Source: Candidatus Giovannonibacteria bacterium RIFOXYD1_FULL_48_21 (lineage in GTDB: Bacteria; Patescibacteriota; Minisyncoccia; JACPKW01; UBA11713). From it: a stretch of DNA of 64,000 bases. The position numbers and the translations under genes are program-made. The notes below the pieces were generated by a model. That model was not told the DNA's origin and made no database searches. It saw nothing but the letters and a program-made list of their open reading frames with translations. The DNA lies in assembly GCA_001778985.1 (NCBI GenBank), contig MFIU01000002.1:57826-121825 (forward strand). The letters are read 5' to 3'. Shown piece by piece: positions 16,690 through 26,760 of the stretch. Within the stretch, counting starts at the first letter, position 1. Every line of letters starts with the position of its first letter.

Positions 16690-18222
16690 ATGGGCAAAAA
16701 AACCTGGCTTATCCTTGCCATTATAATCGCGCTTGCGGTTTTTTTAAGATTTTTTGATCTCGCTCGCGTTCCGCCCGGGCTCTATCCGGACGAGGCCATG
16801 AACGGCAATAACGCCCTGGAGGCCTTGGCCAATAAGGATTGGAAGGTTTTTTATCCTGAAAATAACGGCCGGGAAGGTCTTTTTATCAATCTTCAATCCT
16901 TGTCCTTGGCTGTCTTTGGAAATAAACCTTGGGCGCTAAGGCTTGTTTCCGCCGTCTTCGGCACGTTCACGGTCTTGGGCCTTTTCTTTTTGTCGAAAGC
17001 ACTTTTCGAAAATCACCAAATCGCTCTTCTCGCCTCTTTTTTTCTGGCCGCGAGTTTCTGGCACATTAATTTTTCCAGAATCGGCTTTCGCGCCATTATG
17101 GCGCCTTTTTTCCTGGTCTGGGGTCTTTACTTCTTTTTCAAATTTTTCAAGGACCAGGGCTCAAGCGCCGCGCAGACGCTCGCGGCGGCTTTCGGCGGAT
17201 TTTTATTCGGCCTCGGGGCGCATAGCTATATCGCGTATCGAATCACTCCCCTACTGCTCCTCACTCCGCTCATCTATCGAAGTCCGACTTCCACAGGAAG
17301 TCGGACTTCCTGCTTCCCCTGCCTCGCGGCTTTATTTTTATTTTTCGCTTTTTTGGCTTTTGCCCCGCTCGGGCTTTATTTCGCCGAAAACCCAGCCGAT
17401 TTTTTCGGACGCACGAACCAGATTTCAATCTTCTCCGAGTCGGCGCCGCTCAAAGCTTTAAGCGTGAATATCGTAAAAACTTTAGGGATGTTTTGGTTTT
17501 ACGGAGACGGCAATTGGCGCCACAATTTTTCCGGCTCTCCCCAGCTTTCCCTGCCGGTAGGGATTTTCTTTTTTATCGGCCTTTGGCTCGCGCTGAAGAA
17601 TCTGCGCTCTTTTAACTCCGTCTTTCTTTTATCATGGTTAATTATCGCTCTTTTGCCGGTTATTATCTCCGCCGAGGGCTTGCCGCACGCGCTCCGCGCC
17701 ATTATGGCTATTGGCCCAGTTATGATTTTGGCCGGCTGGGGCGGAATTTATATTTTCGAAAAAATCAAGAATTGGCGTCCGGCCCGCGTCCTCTTCGCGG
17801 CGATTTTGCTTTTTATCGCCTTCGAGAGTTTTGACAAATATTTTCTAAATTGGGCTCCAGCCCCCCAGGTTTACTTCGCTTTTGCCGCTGATTCTGTCGA
17901 GCTTGGCGAAGATTTGAACGCTCTGCCGAAAGAGCTTCCAAAATACGTGGTGGTGAACGCGGTCGGAGTCGAAGTGCGGGGCATTCCCATGCCGGCTCAG
18001 ACAATAATGTTCATAACCGATACTTTTCGGCCGGGACGCCAGCAGGAGAAAAATATTTTCTATCTTCGGCGCGAAGGAATTCCCTATGAAGAACTTCGCG
18101 CGAGGGAGCATTTGGCGATAGCCCTGCTCGAGTTCGAGCCGGCTCTTCGCGCTGAAATTCAGAAAAACATTCCCGGGCTAAAATCGCGGACCGTGGGCCG
18201 GAGCGTCTTTATGATAAAATAA
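16690..18222 (+). CDS. GT-C fold glycosyltransferase (ArnT/PMT-like, GT39/GT83)
   Basis: N-terminal region with FLRFFDLARVPPGLYPDEAMNGNNA (the DE motif of the ArnT/PMT family). Multi-TM. Confidence 0.7.
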   Translation: MGKKTWLILAIIIALAVFLRFFDLARVPPGLYPDEAMNGNNALEALANKDWKVFYPENNGREGLFINLQSLSLAVFGNKPWALRLVSAVFGTFTVLGLFFLSKALFENHQIALLASFFLAASFWHINFSRIGFRAIMAPFFLVWGLYFFFKFFKDQGSSAAQTLAAAFGGFLFGLGAHSYIAYRITPLLLLTPLIYRSPTSTGSRTSCFPCLAALFLFFAFLAFAPLGLYFAENPADFFGRTNQISIFSESAPLKALSVNIVKTLGMFWFYGDGNWRHNFSGSPQLSLPVGIFFFIGLWLALKNLRSFNSVFLLSWLIIALLPVIISAEGLPHALRAIMAIGPVMILAGWGGIYIFEKIKNWRPARVLFAAILLFIAFESFDKYFLNWAPAPQVYFAFAADSVELGEDLNALPKELPKYVVVNAVGVEVRGIPMPAQTIMFITDTFRPGRQQEKNIFYLRREGIPYEELRAREHLAIALLEFEPALRAEIQKNIPGLKSRTVGRSVFMIK

Positions 18223-18226
18223 TTTT

Positions 18227-20053
18227 ATGGCCTTTTCTCAAAATCTCCCCAACGTCCTCGCCTACCTGATGCTGGGAGCGATGTTTTTAGTCTTATTTCT
18301 CTCCGCTTTTAACGATTCCGCGACCATGGATGAGCTGGCGCATATTCCCGCGGCTTACTCTTATGTGACTTTGAAAGATATGCGTCTGAACCCCGAGCAT
18401 CCTCCCCTGATTAAAGACCTCGCTGGGTTGGGAATTCTGTTTCTGCGTCCTAATTTTCCGACAAACATTTCTTCCTGGCAAGACGACGTCAACGGCCAGT
18501 GGACCCAAGGCGCGATATTTTTGTACGAATCCGGCAATAATCCCGATAAAATTTTGCTTTTCGGAAGGTTTCCAATCATGCTCTTGGCGCTTCTTTTTGG
18601 CTGGCTTTTATACCGCTGGACCGGATCGCTCTACGGCAGCCGCGTGGCGCTCTTAAGTTTGTTTTTCTACGCCCTCTCCCCCACTTTTCTCGCTCACTCC
18701 CGATATGTGACCACGGATCTCGCCGCGGCTTTTGGATTTTTCATCGGGTTTGCCACTTTTTTCAGATTTCTGGAACGCCAAAATTTTAAGAGGCTCGCGC
18801 TCGCCGGCCTCGCTTTTGGGACGGCCCTGCTTCTGAAATTTTCGCTTTTTTTGCTGGTACCACTCTACGGCCTCTTGGCCATCCTGTGGGTTTTTCTCCA
18901 GGAGCGGGAAAATTTTGATTTGAAATCTTATCTGAAAGCTTTTGGGGTTTTATTCCTGAAATTAATCTTCATCGGTCTTATCGGCCTGGCTTTAATCTGG
19001 CTGGTTTACGCCTGGCATGTCGCCAACTATCCGGTCGGGCGCCAATTGAGCGATTCCCAGTTTCTTTTGAGCTCTTTCGGGTTTCGGCCCATAGTGAATT
19101 TTGACCTCTGGCTGGTCAGAAGCGAAATTTTCCGTCCGCTGGGGCAGTATCTTTTGGGCCTCTTGATGGTGGTTCAGCGCTCCGCCGGCGGCAACACCAC
19201 TTATTACCTTGGTGAAGTTTCGGCCGCGGGTTGGCGTTCTTACTTTCCAGTGGCTTATCTTTTGAAAGAAACCATCGCCTTCCATCTTTTAACGCTCCTG
19301 GCTCTCTTTCTGGCCTTGCATAAAATTAAAAGCGCCGGCGAAAAGAGTTTCGACGCTGTCTTTTCCTGGACGAAAGATAATTTTGTGCTCGCCTCAAGCC
19401 TCATCTTCATCGCTTTCTACTGGCTTTACTCCATTCGAAGCCCTTTGAATATCGGTGTCAGGCATATTTTGCCGACTTTTCCTTTTATCTATCTTTTGGT
19501 CGCCAGAGAAATCGCGGCTTGGCTTTACCGCCCAACCCTGGAGGAGCCGCGAAATCTTGGGGATTGGCTTCGTTCGCTTTATCGAAGTTTTATTGAGCCC
19601 ATTCCAAGATTTATTCTGGTCGCGCTTTTAATGTTCTGGATGATTATTTCAACCTCGATAACTTTTCCGTTTTATCTTTCCTATTACAACGAATTTGTCG
19701 GCATCGAGAACGGCTGGCGCTATATCGTGGATTCCAACTACGACTGGGGACAGGATTTAAAACGCCTGAGCGATTTGGCGGAAAAAGAAAATATCAATAA
19801 AATCTATCTCGATTATTTCGGCGGCGGCTCCCCGCGTTACTATCTGAGGGAAAGATTTGAGCCCTGGAATTCGGCCAAAGGCCCGCCGCCCTCGGGCTCC
19901 TATTTCGCGCTTTCAGCAACTTTTCTTCAGGGGGCAAGAGGAAAGCCCGCGAGCGGCTTTGTGATAAGGCCGGAAGACACCTACTCCTGGCTTCGCGGCC
20001 TCGAGCCCCTCCGCCGCGCCGGCCTCTCGATTTTTATATATAAGATTCCTTAG
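18227..20053 (+). CDS. Second GT-C-like membrane glycosyltransferase
   Basis: MDELAHIPAAYSY...NPEHPPL resembles the PMT/ArnT catalytic loop. 12 or more TM helices. Confidence 0.5.
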   Translation: MAFSQNLPNVLAYLMLGAMFLVLFLSAFNDSATMDELAHIPAAYSYVTLKDMRLNPEHPPLIKDLAGLGILFLRPNFPTNISSWQDDVNGQWTQGAIFLYESGNNPDKILLFGRFPIMLLALLFGWLLYRWTGSLYGSRVALLSLFFYALSPTFLAHSRYVTTDLAAAFGFFIGFATFFRFLERQNFKRLALAGLAFGTALLLKFSLFLLVPLYGLLAILWVFLQERENFDLKSYLKAFGVLFLKLIFIGLIGLALIWLVYAWHVANYPVGRQLSDSQFLLSSFGFRPIVNFDLWLVRSEIFRPLGQYLLGLLMVVQRSAGGNTTYYLGEVSAAGWRSYFPVAYLLKETIAFHLLTLLALFLALHKIKSAGEKSFDAVFSWTKDNFVLASSLIFIAFYWLYSIRSPLNIGVRHILPTFPFIYLLVAREIAAWLYRPTLEEPRNLGDWLRSLYRSFIEPIPRFILVALLMFWMIISTSITFPFYLSYYNEFVGIENGWRYIVDSNYDWGQDLKRLSDLAEKENINKIYLDYFGGGSPRYYLRERFEPWNSAKGPPPSGSYFALSATFLQGARGKPASGFVIRPEDTYSWLRGLEPLRRAGLSIFIYKIP

Positions 20054-20833
20054 CTATTTATAGCGATAAAAAACTTTGTCAGGAAAACGGAGGTCGACGT
20101 ATTCGAGCTTCGCGCGCGATTCTTTTATTTCAGAATTTAGAGCTAGGGCGAGATTTTCCAGAGCTCGGTCAACATCGGTTTCCTCATCAGTTGTTATATA
20201 CCAGCCGCTTTTTAAATGCAGACGAAAGGTGTTTCCGGAGATTTTTATCTCGATGGCGCTGACTTCCTCCTTGGCGCGACGCGGCAATCTTTCGACTAGC
20301 GCCGCTAATTTTTGAAATTGAGCGGAGGACATAATATTTTTACCGATAAATTCTTCATTCCTTTCGTCAATTATTTTAAGCACAGCTGTGCCGGAGAAAG
20401 CCGGCGCCGCCCCGAAAGCGAAGCCTTCGGCGTCCAAAAAAAGACAAGATTTTTTCGCGTCCTTTTGACACCAGACTGCCCAAGTTTCCCGCTCCTTGAG
20501 AAAAATTTTAAGAGTGGAAGGAAATTCCCGCTCCATCAGAAATTCTCTGAGGCGGGGCTTAGCTTTCAGCAGAATTTCTACTTTTTCCTTCGGGAAAAGA
20601 ATAAAATTATCCTTTGGAAAAACATAAAAATATTTCTGCGAGAGAATCTGCTCTATTTCTTCCCGAAGAATTTTAGTTTCGGCTGGAGACAGACCTTCGA
20701 TTACAATCGAGGAAAGCCGCAATGAGGGGATATAAAAAGCGGCAATGACCAGGCCTCCGGCCGCGACCAGGCCCAGCAAAATCAAAATTCCTTTAAGAAA
20801 AATCTGTTGCCGTTTCCTTCTAGGCAATAACAT
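20054..20833 (-). CDS. ftsQ: Cell division protein FtsQ/DivIB-like (POTRA)
   Basis: N-terminal TM followed by a POTRA-like region (SIVIEGLS...). Size and topology fit. Confidence 0.6.
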   Translation of the reverse strand: MLLPRRKRQQIFLKGILILLGLVAAGGLVIAAFYIPSLRLSSIVIEGLSPAETKILREEIEQILSQKYFYVFPKDNFILFPKEKVEILLKAKPRLREFLMEREFPSTLKIFLKERETWAVWCQKDAKKSCLFLDAEGFAFGAAPAFSGTAVLKIIDERNEEFIGKNIMSSAQFQKLAALVERLPRRAKEEVSAIEIKISGNTFRLHLKSGWYITTDEETDVDRALENLALALNSEIKESRAKLEYVDLRFPDKVFYRYK

Positions 20834-22103
20834 CTTTCCCTATGTATTTTCGGAGCGCTTCGGGAATTTCGACGGAACCGTCTTCTTTTTGATGGTTTTC
20901 CAAGAGAGACTGCAGGATGCGCGGCGTCGCGATGGCGGTGTTGTTCAGGGAATGCGCGAAGCGAATTTTGCCGTCTTGGGATTTGTAGCGAATTTTTAGG
21001 CGCCTAGTTTGAAAATCGTGCACCATCGAAGAGGAGTGAGTTTCTCTGTATCTTTTTTCCGAAGGAATCCAAGCCTCAATATCGTACATTTTTACAAAGC
21101 CAAAAGGCAGGTCACCGGCGCAACTCGCGACAACTCGATACGGCAGTCCGAGCGCTTGAACCATCTCTTCGGAATAGCGCGTGAGCTCTTCGTGCCACCT
21201 AACCGATTCTTGGTGCTCGGCCTTGCATAAAACAATCTGCTCCACCTTCATGAATTCATGGAGCCGATAGAGGCCTTTGGTATCTTTGCCGTATGACCCC
21301 GCTTCCCGGCGGTAGCACGGAGAGAAGGCCGCGTATTTTTTGGGGAGCTCGTCTTCGGATAAAATCTCGCCCTCGTGATAACCCATCATCGGGACCTCGG
21401 CTGAAGGTGCCAGGAATAAGCCGTCTTCCGTAGCGTAAATGTCTTCCCGAAATTGCGGAAGTTTCCCCGTTTTCACAAAAATATTTTCTTTTACGAGGGC
21501 TGGCGCGATAAACGGGGTAAAGCCCTTCTGGAGCATATAGTCGAGCGCGAAGCGCCAAAGCGCGAACGACAACAGCGCGCCGTCGTTTTTCAAAAAATAT
21601 CCCCGAAAACCCGAAACCTTGGCTCCGCGCTCGGTATCGGCGAGTCCAAGTTTCTGCATCAGGGTAAAGTGGTCCTTGATTTTGAAGGAAAATATTGGAA
21701 TTTTGTCTCTCCCGACGTTCCAGTCGGGACCCCGACCCTCTGGCGTCGGGGCCCAGCGCCGGATTTCCACGTTGTCCTCTTCTGATTTTCCCTCCGGAAC
21801 GGTCGGGTCTGGAATATTGGGGACTTGAAGCATGAGTTCTTCAAATTCCTCTTCCGTTTTTTTCAGCTCCGCTTCTTTTTTCTGAAGTTTTTCCTTCAAG
21901 AGCCGAAGGCTCGCGAGCTGAGCTTCGTCAAAACTCACCGATCCCTTATTTTGCTCGGCTCTTAGATTCTCGACTTCCTGCAAAAGTCCGCGGCGCGCTT
22001 CGTCCGCTTCCAAAAGACGTCCCAAATTAAAATCGTAACGCCGCTTGGCTATGGCCGCCCGGACAATCTCCTCATTCTCGCGGATGAATTTTATGTCGAG
22101 CAT
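20820..22103 (-). CDS. serS: Serine--tRNA ligase
   Basis: N-terminal coiled-coil arm and class II core motifs. 427 aa. Confidence 0.9.
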   Translation of the reverse strand: MLDIKFIRENEEIVRAAIAKRRYDFNLGRLLEADEARRGLLQEVENLRAEQNKGSVSFDEAQLASLRLLKEKLQKKEAELKKTEEEFEELMLQVPNIPDPTVPEGKSEEDNVEIRRWAPTPEGRGPDWNVGRDKIPIFSFKIKDHFTLMQKLGLADTERGAKVSGFRGYFLKNDGALLSFALWRFALDYMLQKGFTPFIAPALVKENIFVKTGKLPQFREDIYATEDGLFLAPSAEVPMMGYHEGEILSEDELPKKYAAFSPCYRREAGSYGKDTKGLYRLHEFMKVEQIVLCKAEHQESVRWHEELTRYSEEMVQALGLPYRVVASCAGDLPFGFVKMYDIEAWIPSEKRYRETHSSSMVHDFQTRRLKIRYKSQDGKIRFAHSLNNTAIATPRILQSLLENHQKEDGSVEIPEALRKYIGKDVIA

Positions 22104-22133
22104 TCCCCTATTTTAATAGAGGAAGCCTAAAAT

Positions 22134-22517
22134 TCAAAACTTGGAGTACCTCGCGCTCAAAACCGAACTTCGGCTGGTCCAGAAATTCAGAGTTTCGCGA
22201 ATCAAGCGGCGTCCGAAGAACGCGGCCAAGAGCGCGGCGGAAACCATGATGAGGAAGGAATCAAACTCGGTTTCGCGAAGGGCCACCCAGAAGTAGTTGG
22301 CAAGTCCCAGGAACTCCAGTTTCGCCAGTTGCCCCAAAGTATTGCCGGCGATGATGCCTAGATGCACGCTCGAGAGCTCTTTGACGAGAATAAACCCGGA
22401 GACCGCGAGGACGAGTCCGGCGGGTATAAAAACCCGTTTCAAAAACCAAGCCCAATACACGCGCCCCATCAGGCGGTTTTTAAGCGCTATTAATTCTTGT
22501 TCGGTCCAATTAATCAT
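22134..22517 (-). CDS. Putative anti-sigma factor / membrane protein downstream of the ECF sigma gene
   Basis: Operon position directly after the sigma factor. 3 TM helices. No recognisable motif. Confidence 0.35.
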   Translation of the reverse strand: MINWTEQELIALKNRLMGRVYWAWFLKRVFIPAGLVLAVSGFILVKELSSVHLGIIAGNTLGQLAKLEFLGLANYFWVALRETEFDSFLIMVSAALLAAFFGRRLIRETLNFWTSRSSVLSARYSKF

Positions 22518-22522
22518 GCAAG

Positions 22523-23107
22523 TTAATTATTTAAATTTCTAAAAAGTTCCCGGGCGCGAAAGAGCCGCATCTTCAGCGCCGGAATGGTAATGTTTTTTTT
22601 CTCTGAAATCTGGTCGTAGGAGAGGCCTTCGAGGTAATGAAGTTCCAGAAGTTCCCGGAAGTCGTTCGGCATCTTGGCTAAAATTTCTTTGACAAAAATT
22701 TCGGCGTCAAGGTTATCCTGAAAATCTTTTGAGCCCAAAGTTTCGTAAAGGAAGGTGTCCAGGTAAGTCACTTGGCCCATCCGCTTTTTTAAGTTTCTGT
22801 AACGGGTTAGGGCAGTGTTGAAGACGATTTTGTAGGCCCAGCTTTTGAATTTGGAATTCGGACCCTCCTGAAGCTGGTCGGCGTGCCGGTAAATTTTTAG
22901 GAACGCCTCCTGAACCACGTCCTCGGCTTCTTCCTTGGAGTTGAGGATTCGGCCGGCAAAACGCAGAAAGGCCGCCTGGTACCTATCAACCAAAATTGAG
23001 AAAAGGTCAGGGTATTCCTGGGAAGCAACCAAAAGCGCCTCATCTTTCGCCTGGTTGAGTGCCTCGGCTCCCCCTTCCATTAGGCTCCTGTAGGCGCGCT
23101 TTTTCAT
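22523..23107 (-). CDS. ECF-type RNA polymerase sigma factor
   Basis: Region 2 (VVQEAFLKIYRH) and region 4 (LSYDQISEKKNITIPALKMRLFRARE). Confidence 0.8.
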   Translation of the reverse strand: MKKRAYRSLMEGGAEALNQAKDEALLVASQEYPDLFSILVDRYQAAFLRFAGRILNSKEEAEDVVQEAFLKIYRHADQLQEGPNSKFKSWAYKIVFNTALTRYRNLKKRMGQVTYLDTFLYETLGSKDFQDNLDAEIFVKEILAKMPNDFRELLELHYLEGLSYDQISEKKNITIPALKMRLFRARELFRNLNN

Positions 23108-23234
23108 TACTTGCCATTATAGCTTACTCATTAAATAAAACCAGTCTTGAAACCAAAAGGTTTCCGTGGAGGTTTTAATGGTTGGAGTACAAAAGGTCGC
23201 CGTATTATTTATAGGTTTTATATCAAGAACGCGC

Positions 23235-23261
23235 GAAAGGCCCGCCTGAGGCGGGCCTTTC
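23235..23261. terminator. GC-rich hairpin GAAAGGCCCGCC-TGAG-GCGGGCCTTTC (bidirectional terminator candidate)
   Basis: 11-bp perfect stem with a 4-nt loop. Lies between convergent or adjacent transcription units. Confidence 0.45.
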
Positions 23262-23291
23262 GGTTTGCGGCAAAAAATTTATAATATAGAT

Positions 23292-23492
23292 ATGGCCAAA
23301 GACGCTCCAAAAATGAGGGGGTATCGTTCCCGGGACAAGTTAAGCGGAAGATTGAGGAAGAAGCGTTCCGACACCAAAATCGCCACCATCCAGAAAGCCT
23401 ATCACAGGAAATTGACCAGAAAAGCCGGCTTGCAGCTGGGAACATTTCTTTCGCGCCGGCACAAAAAATCACTGAAACGACTTCTGAAATAG
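23292..23492 (+). CDS. Small very basic protein (66 aa), possibly leaderless
   Basis: ATG at 23292 lies 10 nt after a TATAAT at 23277-23282. K/R-rich sequence. ORF support only. Confidence 0.3.
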   Translation: MAKDAPKMRGYRSRDKLSGRLRKKRSDTKIATIQKAYHRKLTRKAGLQLGTFLSRRHKKSLKRLLK

Positions 23493-23789
23493 TCGGCGTA
23501 TCCGCTCGGCTTCAGTTTCCACAACTTCGCCTTCGTACTCGCCGCTATGCGCGGAGGAACCGGCATAGCTCGGTTTTTTCTGGTCGAGATGAAGATTCAC
23601 CAAAAGATTTATCCCCTCTTCTTTGACGTAACAATGAAAACGCGGATAGTCCCGGCCCATCAAGCTTTTCGCGAAATTCCATTCACCTTGGGCACTCCGT
23701 TCAATAGGCGCGTATCCGCAATCGCGCATAAATGCGAGCGTATTTTTCCTAAAATTTTCGAGTTTTAATTTCATGTTTACACCGAGCAA
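23469..23789 (-). CDS. Hypothetical protein
   Basis: ORF with a protein-like composition. No recognisable motif. Confidence 0.35.
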   Translation of the reverse strand: MLGVNMKLKLENFRKNTLAFMRDCGYAPIERSAQGEWNFAKSLMGRDYPRFHCYVKEEGINLLVNLHLDQKKPSYAGSSAHSGEYEGEVVETEAERIRRLFQKSFQ

Positions 23790-23856
23790 GTGGTGTTTGT
23801 TTGAAAAAGTCAGAACCCATTTTGCGGAGAACCCTGGCGGGCTTTTTTTCTAAATA

Positions 23857-26685
23857 TTATTGTTTAAGAATATCTCCCAATCGCCTTATGGCCTCGCCGT
23901 AGCGCGCCCAATCGCCATCCCTTTGCGCTCGGAGCGCCTCTTCATACGCACCGGCCGCTCTTCGTATGCGTTCCTGAATATCTTGAGCAGGTGCCGCTTG
24001 CGGCTTTACTCTTATTCCACCGCTCATCGACTCTGAAGACTCTTCAGAGTCTGAACGACCAAAGATTCTCATTAACCCCTCCTCCAGCGTCTCTTCCATG
24101 GCAATTTTATTTTCATACGCCACAACCACCCGTTTTAACTCCGGAATTTTTCCGGTTTGGGCCTTGAGATAGAGCGGGCGCACATACAAAAGCGATTCTT
24201 CAATCGGAATAACCAAAAGCGGACCTTGAATTACTTGCGACCCACCTTGACTCCAAAGCGAGATCTGCTGGCTAATCTCGGAGTCTTGGTTAATTCTGCC
24301 TATAATCTGTTTAGGTCCGAACACGAGCTTATCTTTAGGAAAACGATAGACTAATAATTTACCGTAGCTTTCCCCATCGTTACGGGCGACCATCCAAGAG
24401 GACAGATTGTCTTTTGCGCGGGGAGTAAAAGGCAACATCAAAACATATTCCTCTTTTTTCCCTACCTCGCCGGCAGGCGAGTCTCCCGGCAACTTCATAA
24501 TAATATGCCGTGGTTGCATCGGCGGAATTGCGCCTGCGCGGGACGCTCCCTCTCCTTCTATCGCAATGGCTGGAATCTCCCACTGGTCTTCTTTGTTGTA
24601 AAAAATCTGCGGATCATCCATGTGGTAGACTGAATACGCGGCAGTCTGCAGGGTGAAGATATCTTCGGGATAGCGCAAATGGGGAACCAGACTCTCTGGC
24701 ATCTCCGAAAGCGGCCGGAATGTTCCAGGGAAAATTGCGGCATATGTTTTTAAAATCGGGTCATTTGCGTCCGCTTGGTAGAAGACAACACTGCCATTGT
24801 ACGCATCAACCACTACCTTGACCGAGTTTCTGATGTAGTTTATATTTCCGCCGTTTAACCGCACAGGTTCCGAGTAAGGATAACGGTCACTCGTGGTATA
24901 AGCATCGGCAATCCAATACACCTTGCCATCGGCAATGACAATATATGGGTCTCTATCAAGGGTCAAAAACGGCGCGATCTTGGCGACCCTTCCGACAATA
25001 GTACGGTAATACAAAATACGGCTCTCGCTGGTTATGTCGTTAGACAAAAGCAGTTTGAGTGACTGAAATTTTACCGCGTAAAAGACGCGCCTTAAAAACG
25101 AGTTTATCTCCACTCCGCCCACGCCCTCGTATGTTGCGTAGACATTTTCTTCGCCCTTGGGGTAGTCAAACTCGCGGGACTTTGTTTTGGTAATGACATA
25201 GTCGTTTGAAAGTTCGCCGAAATAGATTTCCGGGCGCGAAATTTCAAGCTCTTTCACTTCCGCCTTTGGCGGCAAATCCTTAACGAACAAAACCGGCAAA
25301 CCTTCGGGAGTAACTTGATTCACCGGTCCGGCTGCCACACCGTATCCATGCGTAAATGTCAGCCGTTCATTAATCCAGTTTTTATTCGGGAGACTCTCCG
25401 AAGCCAACTCCCGTGGAGAGAGCATGATCTGGCGAATCTCTCCGTCTATGATATAGCGATCGTTATCAACTTCGGCAAATTCGTAATAGGTTCTGATTTC
25501 TTGTATCTGGGAAAAAGTTGATAAAAGGGGTTTTCTGTCCCAAAGCCGCACATTTTTGATCGTGAGATTATTGTTCGCGATATCAGACGCGGTGAGCGGC
25601 TTATCTCCGGAGATTTCTCGTTCCTCAATTTTATCAAGCGCAAACCCCTGCCGGGTAGCGGCAATATTATGCTTAATAAACGGCGTTTCCTTCACGAGTT
25701 CATTGGGAGCAACTACGAGCTTTTGGACAAGGGACGGGATCACTGCCCCGGCGAATCCCATGACAATATACAAAGAAACTGCTCCGACAAGTGGCGCCAA
25801 CTTTCCTTTCCACGCCCAAAAGACGGCTAAAACTGCCCCAACGAGAGCGGTAGCCATTGAGACCCACAGCATAAATATTCTCACGGTTGCGTCTGTGTAG
25901 GTCGCGCCAAACACTAAACCGCTTTGACTCGTCAAGAGCGCAAAGCGGGAAAGATAGACTCCGGCGGCAATGGTTGAGAGAAAAATGACGAGCAGGATAC
26001 CAAGATGAATTCTTGCCCCGTTAGAAGTAAAGAGGCGACTGCCGATGCGTAAGCGCATCGGACTTCTAACGGGGCGAGCCGCGCTTTCTGTCTGCTCGGG
26101 TAGATTTCCAAAATGAAGACTGCCTCGCAAAAAATATATGACTGCGGAACCGACAAGCGATAACAGAACAAGAAATTTTATCATCCCCAATCCCATCTGA
26201 AAAACAGGAAGGGTAAATAGATAAAAGCCGATGTCTTTACTGAAGATAGGATCTACTGTGCCAAATGGCGCGCCTGAAATAAATTTTAAGACCTCCTGCC
26301 AATTGCCAGCGGCTACGAGTCCGAAAAAAAATGCAATGACCGCGCTCAACACAATAACAACTTTTTTAACCGTGCGAGCTTCAACATTCACCACCTGCTG
26401 ACCGGTTAATGCCGCCGGTAAAACCGCGGTCCAAGAGATTTTTGAGCGGAGCGCCAAAAAGAAGCTGGCGAGTAAAAAAACCGCGGCAAAAATTCCCGCT
26501 GACGAAAATAACGCTATTTTAGCAACCAGAGATTTAATAAAGATTTGAGTGTGCCCAACCTCGGAAAACCACCACCAATCAGTAACAAAACCGACAATAC
26601 CTGAAAAAAGTATAAAAATAACAAAAATTCCAATAAAGAAAATTCGCGTGAGATACTTTGGGATAGTAGTCATAATATCGGTCAA
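23857..26685 (-). CDS. UPF0182 family large membrane protein
   Basis: N-terminal FVTDWWWFSEVGH plus a 7-TM block, then a roughly 700-aa soluble region. Typical UPF0182 architecture. Confidence 0.75.
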   Translation of the reverse strand: MTDIMTTIPKYLTRIFFIGIFVIFILFSGIVGFVTDWWWFSEVGHTQIFIKSLVAKIALFSSAGIFAAVFLLASFFLALRSKISWTAVLPAALTGQQVVNVEARTVKKVVIVLSAVIAFFFGLVAAGNWQEVLKFISGAPFGTVDPIFSKDIGFYLFTLPVFQMGLGMIKFLVLLSLVGSAVIYFLRGSLHFGNLPEQTESAARPVRSPMRLRIGSRLFTSNGARIHLGILLVIFLSTIAAGVYLSRFALLTSQSGLVFGATYTDATVRIFMLWVSMATALVGAVLAVFWAWKGKLAPLVGAVSLYIVMGFAGAVIPSLVQKLVVAPNELVKETPFIKHNIAATRQGFALDKIEEREISGDKPLTASDIANNNLTIKNVRLWDRKPLLSTFSQIQEIRTYYEFAEVDNDRYIIDGEIRQIMLSPRELASESLPNKNWINERLTFTHGYGVAAGPVNQVTPEGLPVLFVKDLPPKAEVKELEISRPEIYFGELSNDYVITKTKSREFDYPKGEENVYATYEGVGGVEINSFLRRVFYAVKFQSLKLLLSNDITSESRILYYRTIVGRVAKIAPFLTLDRDPYIVIADGKVYWIADAYTTSDRYPYSEPVRLNGGNINYIRNSVKVVVDAYNGSVVFYQADANDPILKTYAAIFPGTFRPLSEMPESLVPHLRYPEDIFTLQTAAYSVYHMDDPQIFYNKEDQWEIPAIAIEGEGASRAGAIPPMQPRHIIMKLPGDSPAGEVGKKEEYVLMLPFTPRAKDNLSSWMVARNDGESYGKLLVYRFPKDKLVFGPKQIIGRINQDSEISQQISLWSQGGSQVIQGPLLVIPIEESLLYVRPLYLKAQTGKIPELKRVVVAYENKIAMEETLEEGLMRIFGRSDSEESSESMSGGIRVKPQAAPAQDIQERIRRAAGAYEEALRAQRDGDWARYGEAIRRLGDILKQ

Positions 26686-26760
26686 TTATAGCAATATTTT
26701 TTTGATAGAGCAAAGAAAATTACGCCGGCTGTTTTTAACGTAGCAATCATATATTTGCCA

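Noticed and set aside
16943-17461. Antisense or alternate-frame ORFs inside strongly supported genes (e.g. 16943..17461, 28775..29212, 30024..30542, 32406..33176, 42953..43450, 45118..45999, 50565..51167, 58718..59107, 8877..9260)
   Set aside because: Each is fully overlapped by a gene with clear family motifs on the other strand or frame. Their compositions are low-complexity or Arg/Ser-rich, as expected for shadow ORFs in GC-skewed frames.
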